A stretch of DNA of 64,000 nt. Source: Leucoraja ocellata. Lineage: Eukaryota. Below are positions 1 through 12,950 of this stretch, piece by piece. The position numbers were made by a program, and so were the translations under genes. The stretch lies in NCBI GenBank assembly GCA_036785375.1, contig JAWMAR010000558.1:806001-870000 (forward strand), written 5' to 3'. The notes beneath the pieces are model-generated. The model was not told the DNA's origin and searched no databases. It was given only the letters and a program-made list of their open reading frames with translations. The number at the start of each line of letters is the position of its first letter. The stretch's first letter is position 1.

Positions 1-679
1 TCCAATCAGTCAGTATTCTGTGCCACAGGTAGCACTTTATCATGATACACCAATGTTTACAATGTCCATTGCAGTTAGTCATTTTTGGACATTGTGTGGA
101 GCAAAACAAATTGTATATTAGGCTTTTGGGAGTAGTTGAAAAATTAATAATTTTCTTTTGGTCGGCAACTCTTTAAAATAATTCTGGTCTGGTTCTAGAT
201 CCTTTCATCTTTTAGCAGAAGTTTCCTAACCATCCATTCATCCACCAATTATGTTTGTCATGTGCAAAAGAAGAACTGGAAACTAGATGTTATAGAAATT
301 ATTTGTGACTCTTTTTCATACCAGAGAACATTCCGACAGAATAATGGATATTAAATCAATCTCATGTTTGTGACTCACTTGATAAATGTGACATGACAAA
401 TATTCTCTGGGTGCCTGGGAGAGCATTACAACTCTCCTCGTTCAGAAAGAGTAGTTCACCTTCCAGATATTACCTATAAGTTACATGGCAGCCTGCCCTA
501 TGACATAGAAGCAATGTTTAGATTTTTCTAATAGTCCAGAGACAATATGAAAAATCTATCAGGAAAAAATGACAACAAATGCAAAATGTGCATCTCAATG
601 GAAGAACCATAAATATAGGAGCATATATAGGATTGATCTCATCATGGCTTCAGCTACAATTTCTTGCCTTTAACCCACA

Positions 680-880
680 GAAGGCTGTGGAGGCCAAGTC
701 AATGGATATATTTGAGGTGGAGATTGATAGGCTCTTGATTAGTAAAGGTGTCTACAGTTATGGAGAAAATGCAGGAGAATGGGGTTGAGAGTGAAAAATA
801 GCCATGATTGAATGTCAAAGTAGACTTGTTGAGCCAAATGGTCTAATCCTGCTCCTACAACTTATGAACATGAACTTATC
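680..880 (+). mobile_element. CR1 LINE 3' end fragment
   Basis: Degenerate ORF2 C-terminus (QKAVEAKSMDIFEVEIDRLL...YGENAGEWG) plus a 3'UTR matching other CR1 copies in the window. Confidence 0.8.
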
Positions 881-1259
881 ATTAACTCCTGCAGTCCAAC
901 TATTTGTCCATCACAGCCTTCAGTGACTCTGATACCACAGATGGAGACATTAAAGACTACAGATGCTGGAATTTGGACCAAAAATAAACTGCCTGAGCAA
1001 CACAGTCTGGAGGTCAGGCAGCATCTGTGGAGAGATATGGACAGGCAATGTTTCAGGTCGACTGGTGATCAGGTAACAGTCAAAAATTTTAACCCACCAA
1101 CAAAAGGATGAGAGCATTAACAGGCCCGTTGTTTTGCGGGAAGCTGTAACAATGCATTTACTTGGATTACGTAACATTCATTATTTTCTTAACAATATCT
1201 TCAATAATGACTTGCACAGGAATGTTTGGAACTATAATTGTTACAAACTTATTGTGGAC

Positions 1260-1660
1260 CATGTTTTGGACAAACTTGGATGGTTTTCTTTGAAACATCA
1301 GAGGTTGACGGGGGACCTGATAGTAGTAAATAAAATTACACGAGGCAGAACGTATTTCCCGGGATGGAAATGTCAAAGACATGAGAGTTTAGCTTTAAGA
1401 TGAGATGAGCAAAGTTTAAAGGAGATGTGCAGGACAAGTATTTTCACACAGAGAATGGAGGATGCCTGGAACATAGTGGTAAAGCAGATATGATAATGGC
1501 ATTCAAAAATGCATTTAGGGAGGCACTTGGATATGTCGGGAATGGGGGTATATGGATCACGTGCAGGCAGAGGAGATTAGTTTACCTTGGCATTGTGTTC
1601 AACACTGATGTTATGGGCCAAAAGGCCTGTTTCTGTGGTGTACTGCTTTATGTTCTATAT
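1260..1660 (+). mobile_element. Old CR1 LINE 3' fragment
   Basis: LDKLGWFSLKHQRLTGDLI resembles the CR1 ORF2 C-terminus; gggccaaaaggcctgtttc tail. Confidence 0.7.
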
Positions 1661-4600
1661 GCAGGCTAACATTTAATTTGTTTAGTAATAAGTGCTCTCA
1701 TACTAAAATTGGCTATCTGCAAAATCTCAAAATACACAGAACTTGAACTGATGGAATGAACTGTCTGCAATTTTTTACAGGTAAATTAATAATGACTAGA
1801 TATCGAGTATTCATTATTTATAATCTAAAGTATTGTGATATAAATTATTTATCTTATAATGAATGCGCCATATTGTCAACATTGCTACCTGATAGCCTGA
1901 AAGAAAAAAATCATCGTCATTCAAACAGGTAATAGGGTGGAATCTCACCCGCATACAATACTGGTCCAAAGTTTTGGCCTGAAATGTTGACCATTCCTTT
2001 ACCTCCTCAATTTGTTGGACAATATTCTAGTCTCTGGGTGAGCCTGGGAGATTCTGATATAAACAGAGCAAAAAAAAAAAGAAAATCTTGAAAACGCTGA
2101 GGTCAAATTGTGTCTTTAATGAGAAGAAGATGAATTGAAGTTTAGATGCTTCAGTTAGTAGGTGATAGCGACCTGAGGTTTTAAAATTGGCTAAACCACG
2201 CGTGATGACAAAATTATACAGTCCACCATCTGAGGGACACAGGAGGCAGGATCTACAGAATTCATACTAAATCACAAAAGGGCATAGGTTTCTGCTCGCT
2301 CCAGACACACTTATTCATGGCAGATGTGGGACATGTACACCAATCATCCAGTTTCCAGGTCTAAATCTGTTCTTTAACCAGCAAGCTTTTTGTTCCCAGT
2401 GTCTTTTCAATACATTGTCTGTCCCGAACTGTTTGTGTTGTGTGTTCCCTCTATTTCTGCTGCTGTGAATCAATTGAATTAATCTGGTCAGTAATTTGGT
2501 TGTGGTAAAAGATCTAATGATTTTCCGCCTCTGGATTGACTGCCGATTTAATGAGCATCCTCTTTAATTGTTTTACAAGAATACATTAAGCTAATAAAGC
2601 AGAGAAAAGTACATGTGGTGAATCTTTGGAAACAAGATCAGCCTGAAGAAACTGTTGCCATGAGTTGAAAAAGATTGAGTCTTATCATCCTGTTGCTGAT
2701 TTATTACACATAATTTAATTTTCTTGTGTGATTTAAACTCAAGGTGTGATATTTAGTCATTCCATTTGTCAAAATAAGGCATTGATAATTAAATAAGATA
2801 TTAATTGAATGATTTGAACCAGATATAAATTCGAACAAGAGCAATTTGGCCTATACATTGAAAAGCAAGCAACTGGGTATGCAGATCATTTGAGGGAGGT
2901 GGATAATAAGCAAGTAGAGGACATTAATTTAATTTGGCATGATGTTTCACATGGACATTGTGGGCCAAAGAGCCTGTCCCTGTGTTGCATTGTTTTATGT
3001 TTTAACTGCATATGCTGGAAATCTGAATGAAAAAAAAAATTAAAAATTTAAATTTAAAAGATATTTGGATAGGATGGGTTTAGATAGGTATGGGCCAAAT
3101 GCAAGCAAGTGGGGCTAGTGTTGATGTGGGCATATTGGTTGACATGGGTAAGTTGGGCTGAAGGGCCTGTTTCCACACTGTATGACTCTATGACTCTAAA
3201 ATCCTGGTCACACTAACGGTTGGAGGGAAGTTCAGAGTTAATGTATCAATAACTTTCATCAGAACCAGAAATAAGCCCAGAAATTGTCCTGTACTAGAAA
3301 GCGTGAATTGAATTGCATCGGGTCAATGCATGTTTTTGCATCCTTGACATGCTACAAAAATGTAATTGCACATGAAACTCAAGGTAATGCTCACAATAGA
3401 GCAGTTATGTTATATGTACACAGAGAAGCTTTTCCGCCACCCACTTCACAATGTCAGAGATCAGGGGAGATGGTTTCACAGTGCAATTTTGAGCGGAGTG
3501 GAGGAAGAAAGACGAGGAGCTCAGGATGAATGAAAGATGGAAGTTGTAGTCATGATCACGTGAGTAGGTGGGATTTCAGGGTCATGAATGAAAGAGCTAA
3601 TAGTCAAATCTAATTAAGTTTACAAAATGGAGTTGTTCTTCTACGAAAGCATGGTCTAGTTGAACAAAATAATTGCTCGGTGCCAAGTCTGAATGACTTT
3701 GCACATTATATGGAACACTATATGGAGGACAGGTTGTCTTTTTAATAAAGACATTAAAATGGAAAGCTGAATAATAGCATGTGCTCTTTCAAGGACATAA
3801 AGAAGCCGAGATTGAAAAAAATAGCTGACGCTCCAGAGATAAGTAATAACTTATTATTGGATGAGATGATTTGGACCCAGCTTTTTCTATATTCTGAAAG
3901 GCTATAGAATCTTTCAGTCATGCCATATTCAGATTTGGTAGGAGTGTTTTACTGATAAGAAAAATGTATAATTGCGCTAACTTTCCTTTGTTCTGTGAGT
4001 GGAGCCCATTTGTGCTCATTGTAGATCTTGCCGCTCCTGAACTGACAAATCAATAAAAGATTGCCATGGTTTACATTTAACAATTTTGTTGCTATCTGCT
4101 TTTTAAGAGACAAACTTTGACAATATTGAGGGTGGTTGATTGTAGATTGAGGACCTAAAGGAGGTTGTCTGACAGACAGTCTAAGCGCTAGACTCTGTAG
4201 TTTAAACTGGTCGGGTCGGACCCTTGTAATTATGCCCAGCAACAGGCCTTCAATTCATTTTAAAGCCCTATTTTGGCATTAGATCACACTAATGATAATC
4301 TATACGCACATAAATTGGTTTCACAGAAGTGGCATCTAAACATGTTTTACACTGTCAAATGCCATTTATGTGTTTAAGCATCATTTGGGTATAATGGGCA
4401 TCAGAAGTAATTTGCTGCCTTTTAAAATATGTAGGAAGCTTTTTTTCATTTCAAAAATATGTTATTCATTATATCATAGGAAATGCACTAGATACTCATC
4501 TTTCTCTACATTGATTATTTCATCAAATCAATATATTCTCTTAGAATGCATCATGTTTTCCCATATGCAATAAGTACTTGTTTATAATAACATTCTGTCA

Positions 4601-4959
4601 GAGACACATCCAATTATTGTGCTGCGCATTGGAAGTTCTTTAATTCATTCCTTGCTATATTAATATCTAGAATGCTAGATATAGTTCTTGATATTAATCT
4701 CCCAGGTTGCGCTTTATCATATTCCATAAATTCATACAAGAGGATACTTTGGTATAATTCCTCATAATTTTATGATATTACAGCATTATAAATGGTCCAT
4801 GTGCAATCTAATCAAATAATCTTCTATCCAAATGCTGCTTAATTCAAGTTTGTTCCATAATTTTATTCATGCCTAAGGCTGCCTACTATCAGAAATGTTA
4901 ACATGGATACCATCTGCTCTAATTTCATGATTGGCACAACTTTACCTGCCTTCAATGAC

Positions 4960-5680
4960 GGGGTGGCAATGGTGAGAGTCAACGGCTTCAAGTTCCTGGG
5001 CGGGCATATCTCCAAAGATCTGTCCTGGGTCCAGCACTTTGAGGCAAGCACAAAAAAAACTCATCAACGCATCTCAACTTCTTCAGAAGACTGAGGAGAT
5101 TCGGCATGTTACCAAATACTCTATCGAACTTCAACAGGTGTTCGATAGAGAGCACACTGACTGGATGCAACGTCGCCTGCTTTGTTAATTCGAACATCCA
5201 GGAACAAAGGAGGCTGCAAAAAGTCTATCATGCATACTGACCTCCCTACCATCGAAGGGATCTACAGGAGATGCTGCCTCAAAAAGGAAGCTAATATCAT
5301 CAATGAACCACGCCATTATGGCCACCCTCTCATCTTGCTGCACCATCGGGAATGAGGTAGAGGAATCTGATCTCCAGATTCAAGAACAGCTTCTTCTCAG
5401 CAACCATTAGGCTCTTGAACCCCACTGCACAACATAAATTGCAACCCTACCTCAGCAGTAAGCTATTTTGGACTTTAAATTTGTCTGCACCATGTACTTC
5501 GCCTTTGTGCTATCGTGGTCTGGTTACTGAGTATTACTGCTTGTAAATTTATTGGTATTATTGATAATTGTATATTTATTTGTTGTGTTACTACGTTAAG
5601 GGCCTATAAAGCTCCAGCAAGTAACAGTGTCATTGTTCTGTTCCTGCTGCATATTACAATTAAACACTCTTGACTCTGAC
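4960..5680 (+). mobile_element. Rex1/Babar-type LINE 3' fragment
   Basis: VRVNGFKFLGGHISKDLSW...RRLRRFGM...RCSIESTLTG in broken frames, typical of the Rex1/Babar RT C-terminus. Confidence 0.75.
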
Positions 5681-6244
5681 TGTTTGCTCAGACTACAAGA
5701 AAATTTCAGATTTGCAATGGTGAAAACGTGGCAGGTCATTTTATTTCTCAGCTAATGTCTTTTAAGTAATCATGAAATTATTTTATTTTTGTCACTAATT
5801 GGAAGGTGATAACTATTTCTTAATTTCGTAAGGGGACTTAGACAAAATCAGATCCTCTTTAATTCTTGTGGAAGGCGATAATCATTTGCTTAACTTTTTA
5901 AACACCCACTCATTAATTCCAGCCATATTATGAAATCTAATGAGACCAACTTGTTATAATGTCTTCTTATTTGTTATTTCTGGATGATGTCAAAGAAAAT
6001 GTAAATAAATATTAACAGTGTTAACAATGACCCGAGGGATGGAGCTGACTTCCGCTGTAGTTTGAAGACAGTTTGTTGTCATATTTCCTCCTTAAAAGCT
6101 CAGTAAAGCGAACTATTCAACTGTTGAAACATAACACATGAAGAACCAACATTTATCCTTTTCGTCATCAGCAAATTCGTCATCTTTAATTATAATTAAT
6201 GAAAACATAATGGTCTAGCAAGCATAAACATTTAATAATTTTCA

Positions 6245-7067
6245 AAATGGCGGCGTCTCACGGCAGCGGCCTCTACAGTCCGTCTGTGTTTTTTTTAATT
6301 TTGGCCTGTTGAGTGTATAGTTTGGTTGTAGTTTATATGTTGTTTTTAGCTGTGTATATGTAGGGGGGGGGGGAAGGAACATTTAAATCTCTTCCCTGTA
6401 CGGGGGACCCGACCTTTTCCCTGTCGGGTCTCCGTTGTCGTTGGGGCCTAGCACCATGGAGCGGCCTCCAACCGGAATGACCTGGGGGCTCCAGTCGCGG
6501 AGCCTGCGGACTCACCATCGTGGAGCTGGCCGGCTTCGGAGCGAGGAGAACTGTGGTGGCGCGCAGCTGTGACCCGACTTCGGAGCTTCGGAGTCTCCAT
6601 CCACAGGCCTGGTGGACGGTGACATTGGGAGCTCATGGGTCCCTGGTGGGAGACCGCTTTTCGGAGCTCCCGCAATGGCAATTTTCCCATCCGAATTGAT
6701 GAAAACGACCTGGAGCGGGGGCTTACATCGCCCGGCGCGGCTTTAACGGTCGCGGGACTTGCCATCGCCCGCCGGGGGCTCCAACATCAAGACCCAGAGC
6801 AGGGCCTTACATTGCCCGGCGCAGCCTTAACGGCCGCGGGACATGCCATCGCCCGCCGAGGGCTTTAACATCGGGACAAGAATGGAAAACAGGGGAGAGA
6901 CAATGAGTTTGCCTTCCATCACAGTGAGGAGAAGATTCACTGTGATGGATGTTTGTGTTAATTGTGTATCTTGTTAATTGTTTCTTCTTGTTGTATGACT
7001 GCAGAAACCAAATTTCGTTTGAACTTCATTTGAGGTTGAAATGACAATAAACAGCATTGTATTGTAT
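6245..7067 (+). mobile_element. CpG-rich non-autonomous SINE-like element, copy A
   Basis: Homologous 5' and 3' blocks shared with 19527-20335, 10150-10345 and 23570-23870; ends tgacaataaa + (attgt)n; internal ~83-bp tandem duplication at 6719-6871. Confidence 0.7.
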
Positions 7068-7204
7068 AAAGATACTGTCAAAACAAAGTTATTTGTTACC
7101 AATTTACAGTAGAAGTCAGCTCCATCCCTCTTACCATTGGCATTGTTATAATAAAATAGCAAATCTGCAGCATCGAAACAGGTCCTCCGAGCCGCAATGT
7201 CTAT

Positions 7205-7750
7205 ACCGAACATAAGACATAGCAGCTGAAGTAGGTCATTTTGCACATTGATGCTGCTCTGCCATTCGATCATGGCTGATCTATTTTTCCCTTGCAACCC
7301 ATTCCCCTGCCTTTTCCCTGTAACCTTTGACATCGTTCCTAATCAAGAACCAACCAGTCTCCATTTTAAAATCACTCAATGATTTGGCCTCCACCATTGT
7401 ATGTGACAATGAATTCCACTGCTTTACCAGCCTCTGGCCAAATAATATCCTCCTCATCTCCACTCTAAATGTACATGCTTTTATTCTGAGGCTGTGTCCT
7501 CTAGTCCTATACTCTCCCACTACTGAAAACATCCTCCACACATCCACTCTATCTGGGCTTTTCATGATTTGTAAAGTTAAATTATATTGCATACATTGAT
7601 CCATATCTTTGCATTCCCTGCATATCCTTGTGCCCACCTAAAAGCATCTTAAAAGCCACTATCGTATCTGCCTCCATCACCACCCCAGGCATGCACTATC
7701 CTCAGTGTAAAATAAAAACTCGCCCAATACAGCTCCTTTAAATTAGTCCT
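7205..7750 (-). mobile_element. CR1 LINE 3' fragments
   Basis: Minus-strand ORF RTRGHSLRIK...QRLVKQWNSL is the CR1 ORF2 C-terminus. Confidence 0.8.
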
Positions 7751-7824
7751 TTAATTAGATAGACGTTTCTTTCACAACATTAGTGAATACAAATAAGAAG
7801 AAATCATTGACACCACTGAGAATA

Positions 7825-8595
7825 CGGTGGGGGCACTGCAATGGCGGCAGCCCTGTCATCAGCGCGTTAGTTTTTTCAACTTTTTAAATTTTTTTAGTAT
7901 GTTTTAAAGTATGTTTTTAATGTTTCTTTGTGTGTTTTGTGTGGGGGGTGGTGTGGGGCGGTAAGGGGGAAACCGTTTCGGCCGCCTCCTCCATGGAGAG
8001 GCGACTTTTTCCAGGTCGCCTCCCCGTGGCCTAACAGCAAGGATTGGCGCGGTCTTTTTTACCGGAGACGCGCCCGGGGCTTCAGCGGCGGGCGCAGCGT
8101 GGACTCTCGGCGTGGAGCGGGCGAGCTCTCGCTGGGGCTCGCTGGAGGGGAGTGCTCCGTTTCGCTGGCCCGCAGCAGCCGGCAGCCGGCAGCCTGAAGC
8201 CGCGGTCTGCACAGCTCCAGCTGGCGCGACGTCCGCAGCCCGGGATCCCTCGTGGGGGACCTGGGGGAAGAAGAAGCCATCACTGCCGGCCCGTGGCCAA
8301 CTTCTACCGCGGGCCCGGCCTGAACTTAACATGACTCCTGGAGGGGAGCTTCGACCGCCGACCCTGCAGTCTGCGGTGCTTCTGTCTGCGGCGCTGCGGG
8401 GACTTTAAATCTTCGACCGCCGGTCTGCGGCCTACACCAACTTAAAGCCACGGTCTCCGGTGGGGAAGAGCCGACTCTGGACTTACCTGAACTTGTACCT
8501 TGTCCTTTTACCATCTGGACGCCCGCAGCAATGGCTGCGGAGGGTTGAGGTCCCGACCACGGGGAAAAATGGAGGAGGACTGGCCAAATTGTGGG
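7825..8595 (+). mobile_element. CpG-rich SINE-like element, divergent relative (copy B)
   Basis: Same 5' layout as copy A: aatggcggc, T-rich tract, G-run, hairpin, GC-rich body. The 3' end is unclear. Confidence 0.55.
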
Positions 8596-8959
8596 GAGGT
8601 CAGATTCTGTTATAGTGAGAAAGATGGAGATATTGGAGCAAGCAGCTTGTGCAATTTGATCAGGGGTTTATTTATTGAGGTGGAGTAGCACAACAGGATG
8701 CAACAGAATGCTATGCATCATGTGGCCTCTTCTCTCTGACACAAATATTCATACAAACGGTAGAAATGAGAAATCCTCCATGTAACTCCGGGTGAGGTTC
8801 ATTGTGTACACAAGGCATGTTACTAGGCAATCATGTCTCATACATTAGGTGATCATATCTTAGGTGACAAAGGTGATTATTTCAAGGTACACAATGGGAA
8901 AGGATGGATGGAGGCACTGAATTCACAACAACCGGCTGTGACCAGTCTCTGAGATGGTA

Positions 8960-9062
8960 TCGATACATTGTAAATGGCTCGATTGTAAACATGTAAGCAC
9001 GCAACAAAAGCTTTTCACTGTACCTCGGTACACGTGACAATAAATTGTACTGTACTGAACTG
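8960..9062 (+). mobile_element. Rex1/Babar-like 3' tail
   Basis: aaaagcttttcactgtacctcggtacacgtgacaataaa + microsatellite; the same tail ends the Rex1-like fragment at 45205 (minus strand). Confidence 0.65.
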
Positions 9063-9879
9063 GTTTTGTTTGACATTGGGTGCAATGAGGCACAGTGCTA
9101 ATCATCAACAATGTGTCTCACAACCCCGAATATTACATCTCCCCACCCTCCACCCCCATCTCCAAATCATCTGCTGCCTCCAGTCTTACCTCCCAGCTCT
9201 ACACCTTCTTATTCCCCTCCTGCTCTGTTTCCTGGTAAGGGGTGACCTCTTCTCCTATCCAGTCCCCAAATTGCCCCCATGAAAATGCAGCAGCACCCAT
9301 GGGATATCTCCACTCAGGATGGTAACACTTTAAAATTCTCAGCACCATAAGTCTGCGGAGCCTCTGTCATTGATTCCATTCTAAACAAATCAATGAATTT
9401 CTGAATGCTATGCGATTAAAGGGCTTGGAGATAATGCACGAACACAGAACTCAGGTTGCAGATCAGCCATGACCTTGATAAACAGTGGAACAAATCTTAA
9501 AGGCAAAGACGGTCTCCTGTTGCTTCTTATGTTTACAGTAAAATTGTGTTTTATATTTTCATGTGACGAGAGTGTCTGCAGTAGATGAAATCAGACGCAT
9601 TGCATTAAACAGTGGAGCAATACTAAAGATAATTTGTTGTTATAATTGGAGGACTTTAGGGACATGATGAAAATATTGGGTAGCCTGTACTTGATTTCCT
9701 GAGGCATATGAGACTTGAGGGTTTACCTGATCGAAGTGTATGGATTATGAGAGGCAAAAATAGGATAGATGGTCAAAATCGTTTTTTCTCAAGGTGGGGT
9801 ATCAAAAACAGGAGGGCATATATTTAAGGTGAGAGATTGAAAGGGGATCTTATGTAGAAATGTTAATATTTGGAGAGTG

Positions 9880-10590
9880 GTTGTTTTCTGGTTCGGCAAC
9901 TAGAATGTTCAGGAGCATAAAAGACTGTAATAAGTTGTAACCACCGCCCAGTCCATCACCGGTTCTGACCTCCCACGATCGAAGGGATCTATCGGTCGCT
10001 GCCTCAAAAAGGCTGCCAACATGATCAAAGACCCACACCATCCTGGCCACACGCTCATTTAACCATTGCCGTCGGGAAGAAGGTACAGGAGCCTGAGAAC
10101 TGTAATGTCCAGATTCAGGCCGAACTTCTTCCCTACAGCCATCAGGCATCAGGACATCGGCAGGGGAGAGATAAGTTTTTCTTTGCCTTCCATCACAGCG
10201 AGGAGGAGATGCGCTGTGATGGATGTCTGTGTAAATTGTGTTGTGTCTTGGGTCTTTTTTTCTTGTGTGTTTGACTGCAGAAACAACATTTCATTTGAGC
10301 CTCTATGAGGTTCAAGTGACAAATAAATTGTATTGTGTATTGTGTGTATTGTGTATGAAACACAACAACAAATAATCTCTGAACTGCTACAGACTATCAT
10401 TGTTATTGCACTATATTTGTATTTTATTGAGATTGAGTATGTGTGCATGTGTATACACACACTTAACTTTTTTTACTTCTCTCGTTATGTACTATGTTTA
10501 CATATTCTGTTGTGTTGCAGCAAGCAAGAATTTCATTGTCCTATCTGGGACATATGATAATAAAACACTCTTGGCTCGTGACTCTTGTTT
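9880..10590 (+). mobile_element. Rex1/Babar-type LINE 3' fragment, interrupted at ~10150-10345
   Basis: LPSGRRYRSLRTVMSRFRPNFFPTAIR is the Rex1-type C-terminal motif; similar to 5200-5420. Confidence 0.75.
10150..10345 (+). mobile_element. 3' fragment of the CpG-rich SINE-like family (copy D)
   Basis: Matches 6890-7067, including the hairpin and tail. Confidence 0.7.
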
Positions 10591-12194
10591 CAATGCCCCA
10601 TAACACACTTTAAATCACTAGCCCTGATGTTGACAGCTTATTGCATTCCTCTTTCAATTCACTCAGCATTCAAATATCCTGATAAACAAAACTGACATTC
10701 AGAACTGATGTGCTGAAACTGTTGAATTTGTATGTCAGTACTTTGTTCCTAAATATTTAATTGAATGCACAGTGACATTGCAGTGCAAAAACCAACTGTT
10801 ACTATGAAGATACCATCTGGTTACAGATATTTGCATAGATTTACATTTAATTTAAAGCTGAGGAACAAGCCACTAGATTCAAAAGATGGTCCCAACGTTT
10901 TATTATCAACATGAACTTTCTCCCACTTTCCTTCATCTCAACTTTTCATTATATTTATTTATTTTCCTTCCTGATACAATGAGCCAACTTCTTCCCACCC
11001 AAGGCAATGTTTCTCACCTCTACTATTCCACACTGCTGTAAATCCCACATAGTAATGACACTCTGTGTGACAAACATTCTCTCATAGACCATAAGCGTTA
11101 AGGCTCCTAGTTTTGGAATACTTTTTTTTTTGCTGTAATCCAGCTTTTGAGCAGTATCAGCTCCCTACACAATTATTCAAAGCAATCTCTCCCCTGACAG
11201 GAACACAAGTAGAAAGGAGCACACTGAGTTCTTCTTGAGCATAAATATGATCTTATTCAGAGACCAATGGGAAAAAAGTACGAATAAACACATTTATCTT
11301 CTATTATCGCAGATGTATTCATAACTTTTTGAATGGGTGGGAGATAACATGCTGTTACAAAAAGAATGGATTTTATTGTACAAGGCCATAGGTATGTGGC
11401 ATGGCATGAAATATGCCAGCAAACAATATTGAAAAAGATGAATTCCAAGAGCCAAAGTCAAAGTAACAATTCACTGAAACTGCAATATATGACACTGTCT
11501 TTGACACCAAGTTATCCCATGAATAATCTCTAAGTATTTATTCATAACGGACTGCCAGAACATTGACTATCCCCATGAATTCAATCCCCACTCATCATCA
11601 TTCCATTTACTAGTGAGGAAGTCAGAGATAAATCTTTTTGTTAGATAATTAATTAAATTGTCCTTGCTAAATGTTTTCTCTTTTGCAATTGTCTCCTGAA
11701 GAAATAACATGTCTAATGAGTTCCAGTTCCACAAGTGTGCAAACTAAATGTCCACATTTCTCTTGTGCCAAGAAAAGTAAGCTCTTGCACAAAGGCGCCA
11801 AGCATTAACTGCCTTTGCAGAAGATAATCAAGAAATATTGATCAGGCAGGCTCATTATGGCATTCCTGCCCAAATGGTTTTCCTTTCAATTCATCCTGGG
11901 AAACACAACAGTACAAGCTTCAATTATTACTGACTCATTCAAGTGTTTTCCACTATGGCAGTGACCAATTGCCTTACTGATGAGAAGAGGCAGCAGAAAT
12001 GTTGGGACACAATTAACAGGAGCACTGCTAATTCTGCATGCAAACCCAGGAACCTGCTCAGAATATTAATACTCAAGAGCTTTAAAAATAGCAATAATCC
12101 TTTAAATGAGCTTCCTCCCCTCTGGTTCTGCAACTGATGTCCACCTGTAACTTTTCCCTGTCATACTCGCTTGATGTAATGGGCCCAATAATAA

Positions 12195-12410
12195 AGGTGG
12201 TGATCTTGTTGACAGTTTCCACTCCCCCCCAACTCTCTCCACCCCACCAGTTCCTCCTTCGACCTTCCCTATCAACTGTGCTCCCCTCTCCCTCACTCCA
12301 CTCCTTCCTCTCTAACAGCCCCATTTCTCTCCCTTCCCCCTCACCCTCCCCCCCCCCCCCCCTTCCCCCACAAACTCTCACTCTTCTCCATCCTTACCAC
12401 CCCTGACTTT
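12195..12410. repeat. C-rich low-complexity tract
   Basis: Runs of C/CT including a long poly-C. Confidence 0.8.
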
Positions 12411-12779
12411 CCAGCCACTGCCATTACGGGGATAAGGCTACTCTCTGACCATCAATAGTTCTCCATCTGCTCCCAACATCTGTACAACAAAGGCCCACCA
12501 GCTTGGAAAGAATGGCTATGAGACCCAATCCCTTGCCCCCTTCCAATTGCAGGAATTCATTAAACAATTCCTAATGTTGCCAAACCACAGCCACCCAGTC
12601 CTCTGTGAGGTGATAACATGCTCATCCCTGTGTTTTGATAAGGATGGCTTCAATCTGTAGAGTTGGGAGCATGGCACTACTGTTCTGGCTCAGCCACCTC
12701 CAACTTCATTCTCTGTGTATATGTACTCCTGCACTTAAAGTTGTGTTATAGCATAGCAATGAGCTCTACAATCCTGAAG

Positions 12780-12950
12780 CATAACACAAAGTAATGGAGG
12801 AACTCAGTGGATTAGGCAGCATCTGTGAAGGGAATGGACAGACAACGTTTTGGGTCGGGATTCTTCTTCAGGTACTGTCAGACCCGCTGCGTTCCACCAG
12901 CATCTTATGTCTTGCTCAACATTCCAGCATCTGCAGTCTGTTGTGCTTAC
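12780..12950. mobile_element. Short Penelope-terminus-derived dispersed repeat
   Basis: ctggaggaactcagc..ggcagcatct..cttcttcag module followed by an inverted partial copy; related copies near 960, 13370, 21400, 31940, 34540, 42570, 49745, 50300, 52410 and 61095. Confidence 0.65.

Noticed and set aside
7965-8045. HDV-like ribozyme (cctcctc...gcctaac words)
   Set aside because: Could not build P1, P2 and P3 consistently across the three copies; kept only as a conserved hairpin
7825-8595. CpG islands (also 6245-6900, 19650-20150) as gene promoters
   Set aside because: They are interspersed repeat copies sharing terminal blocks
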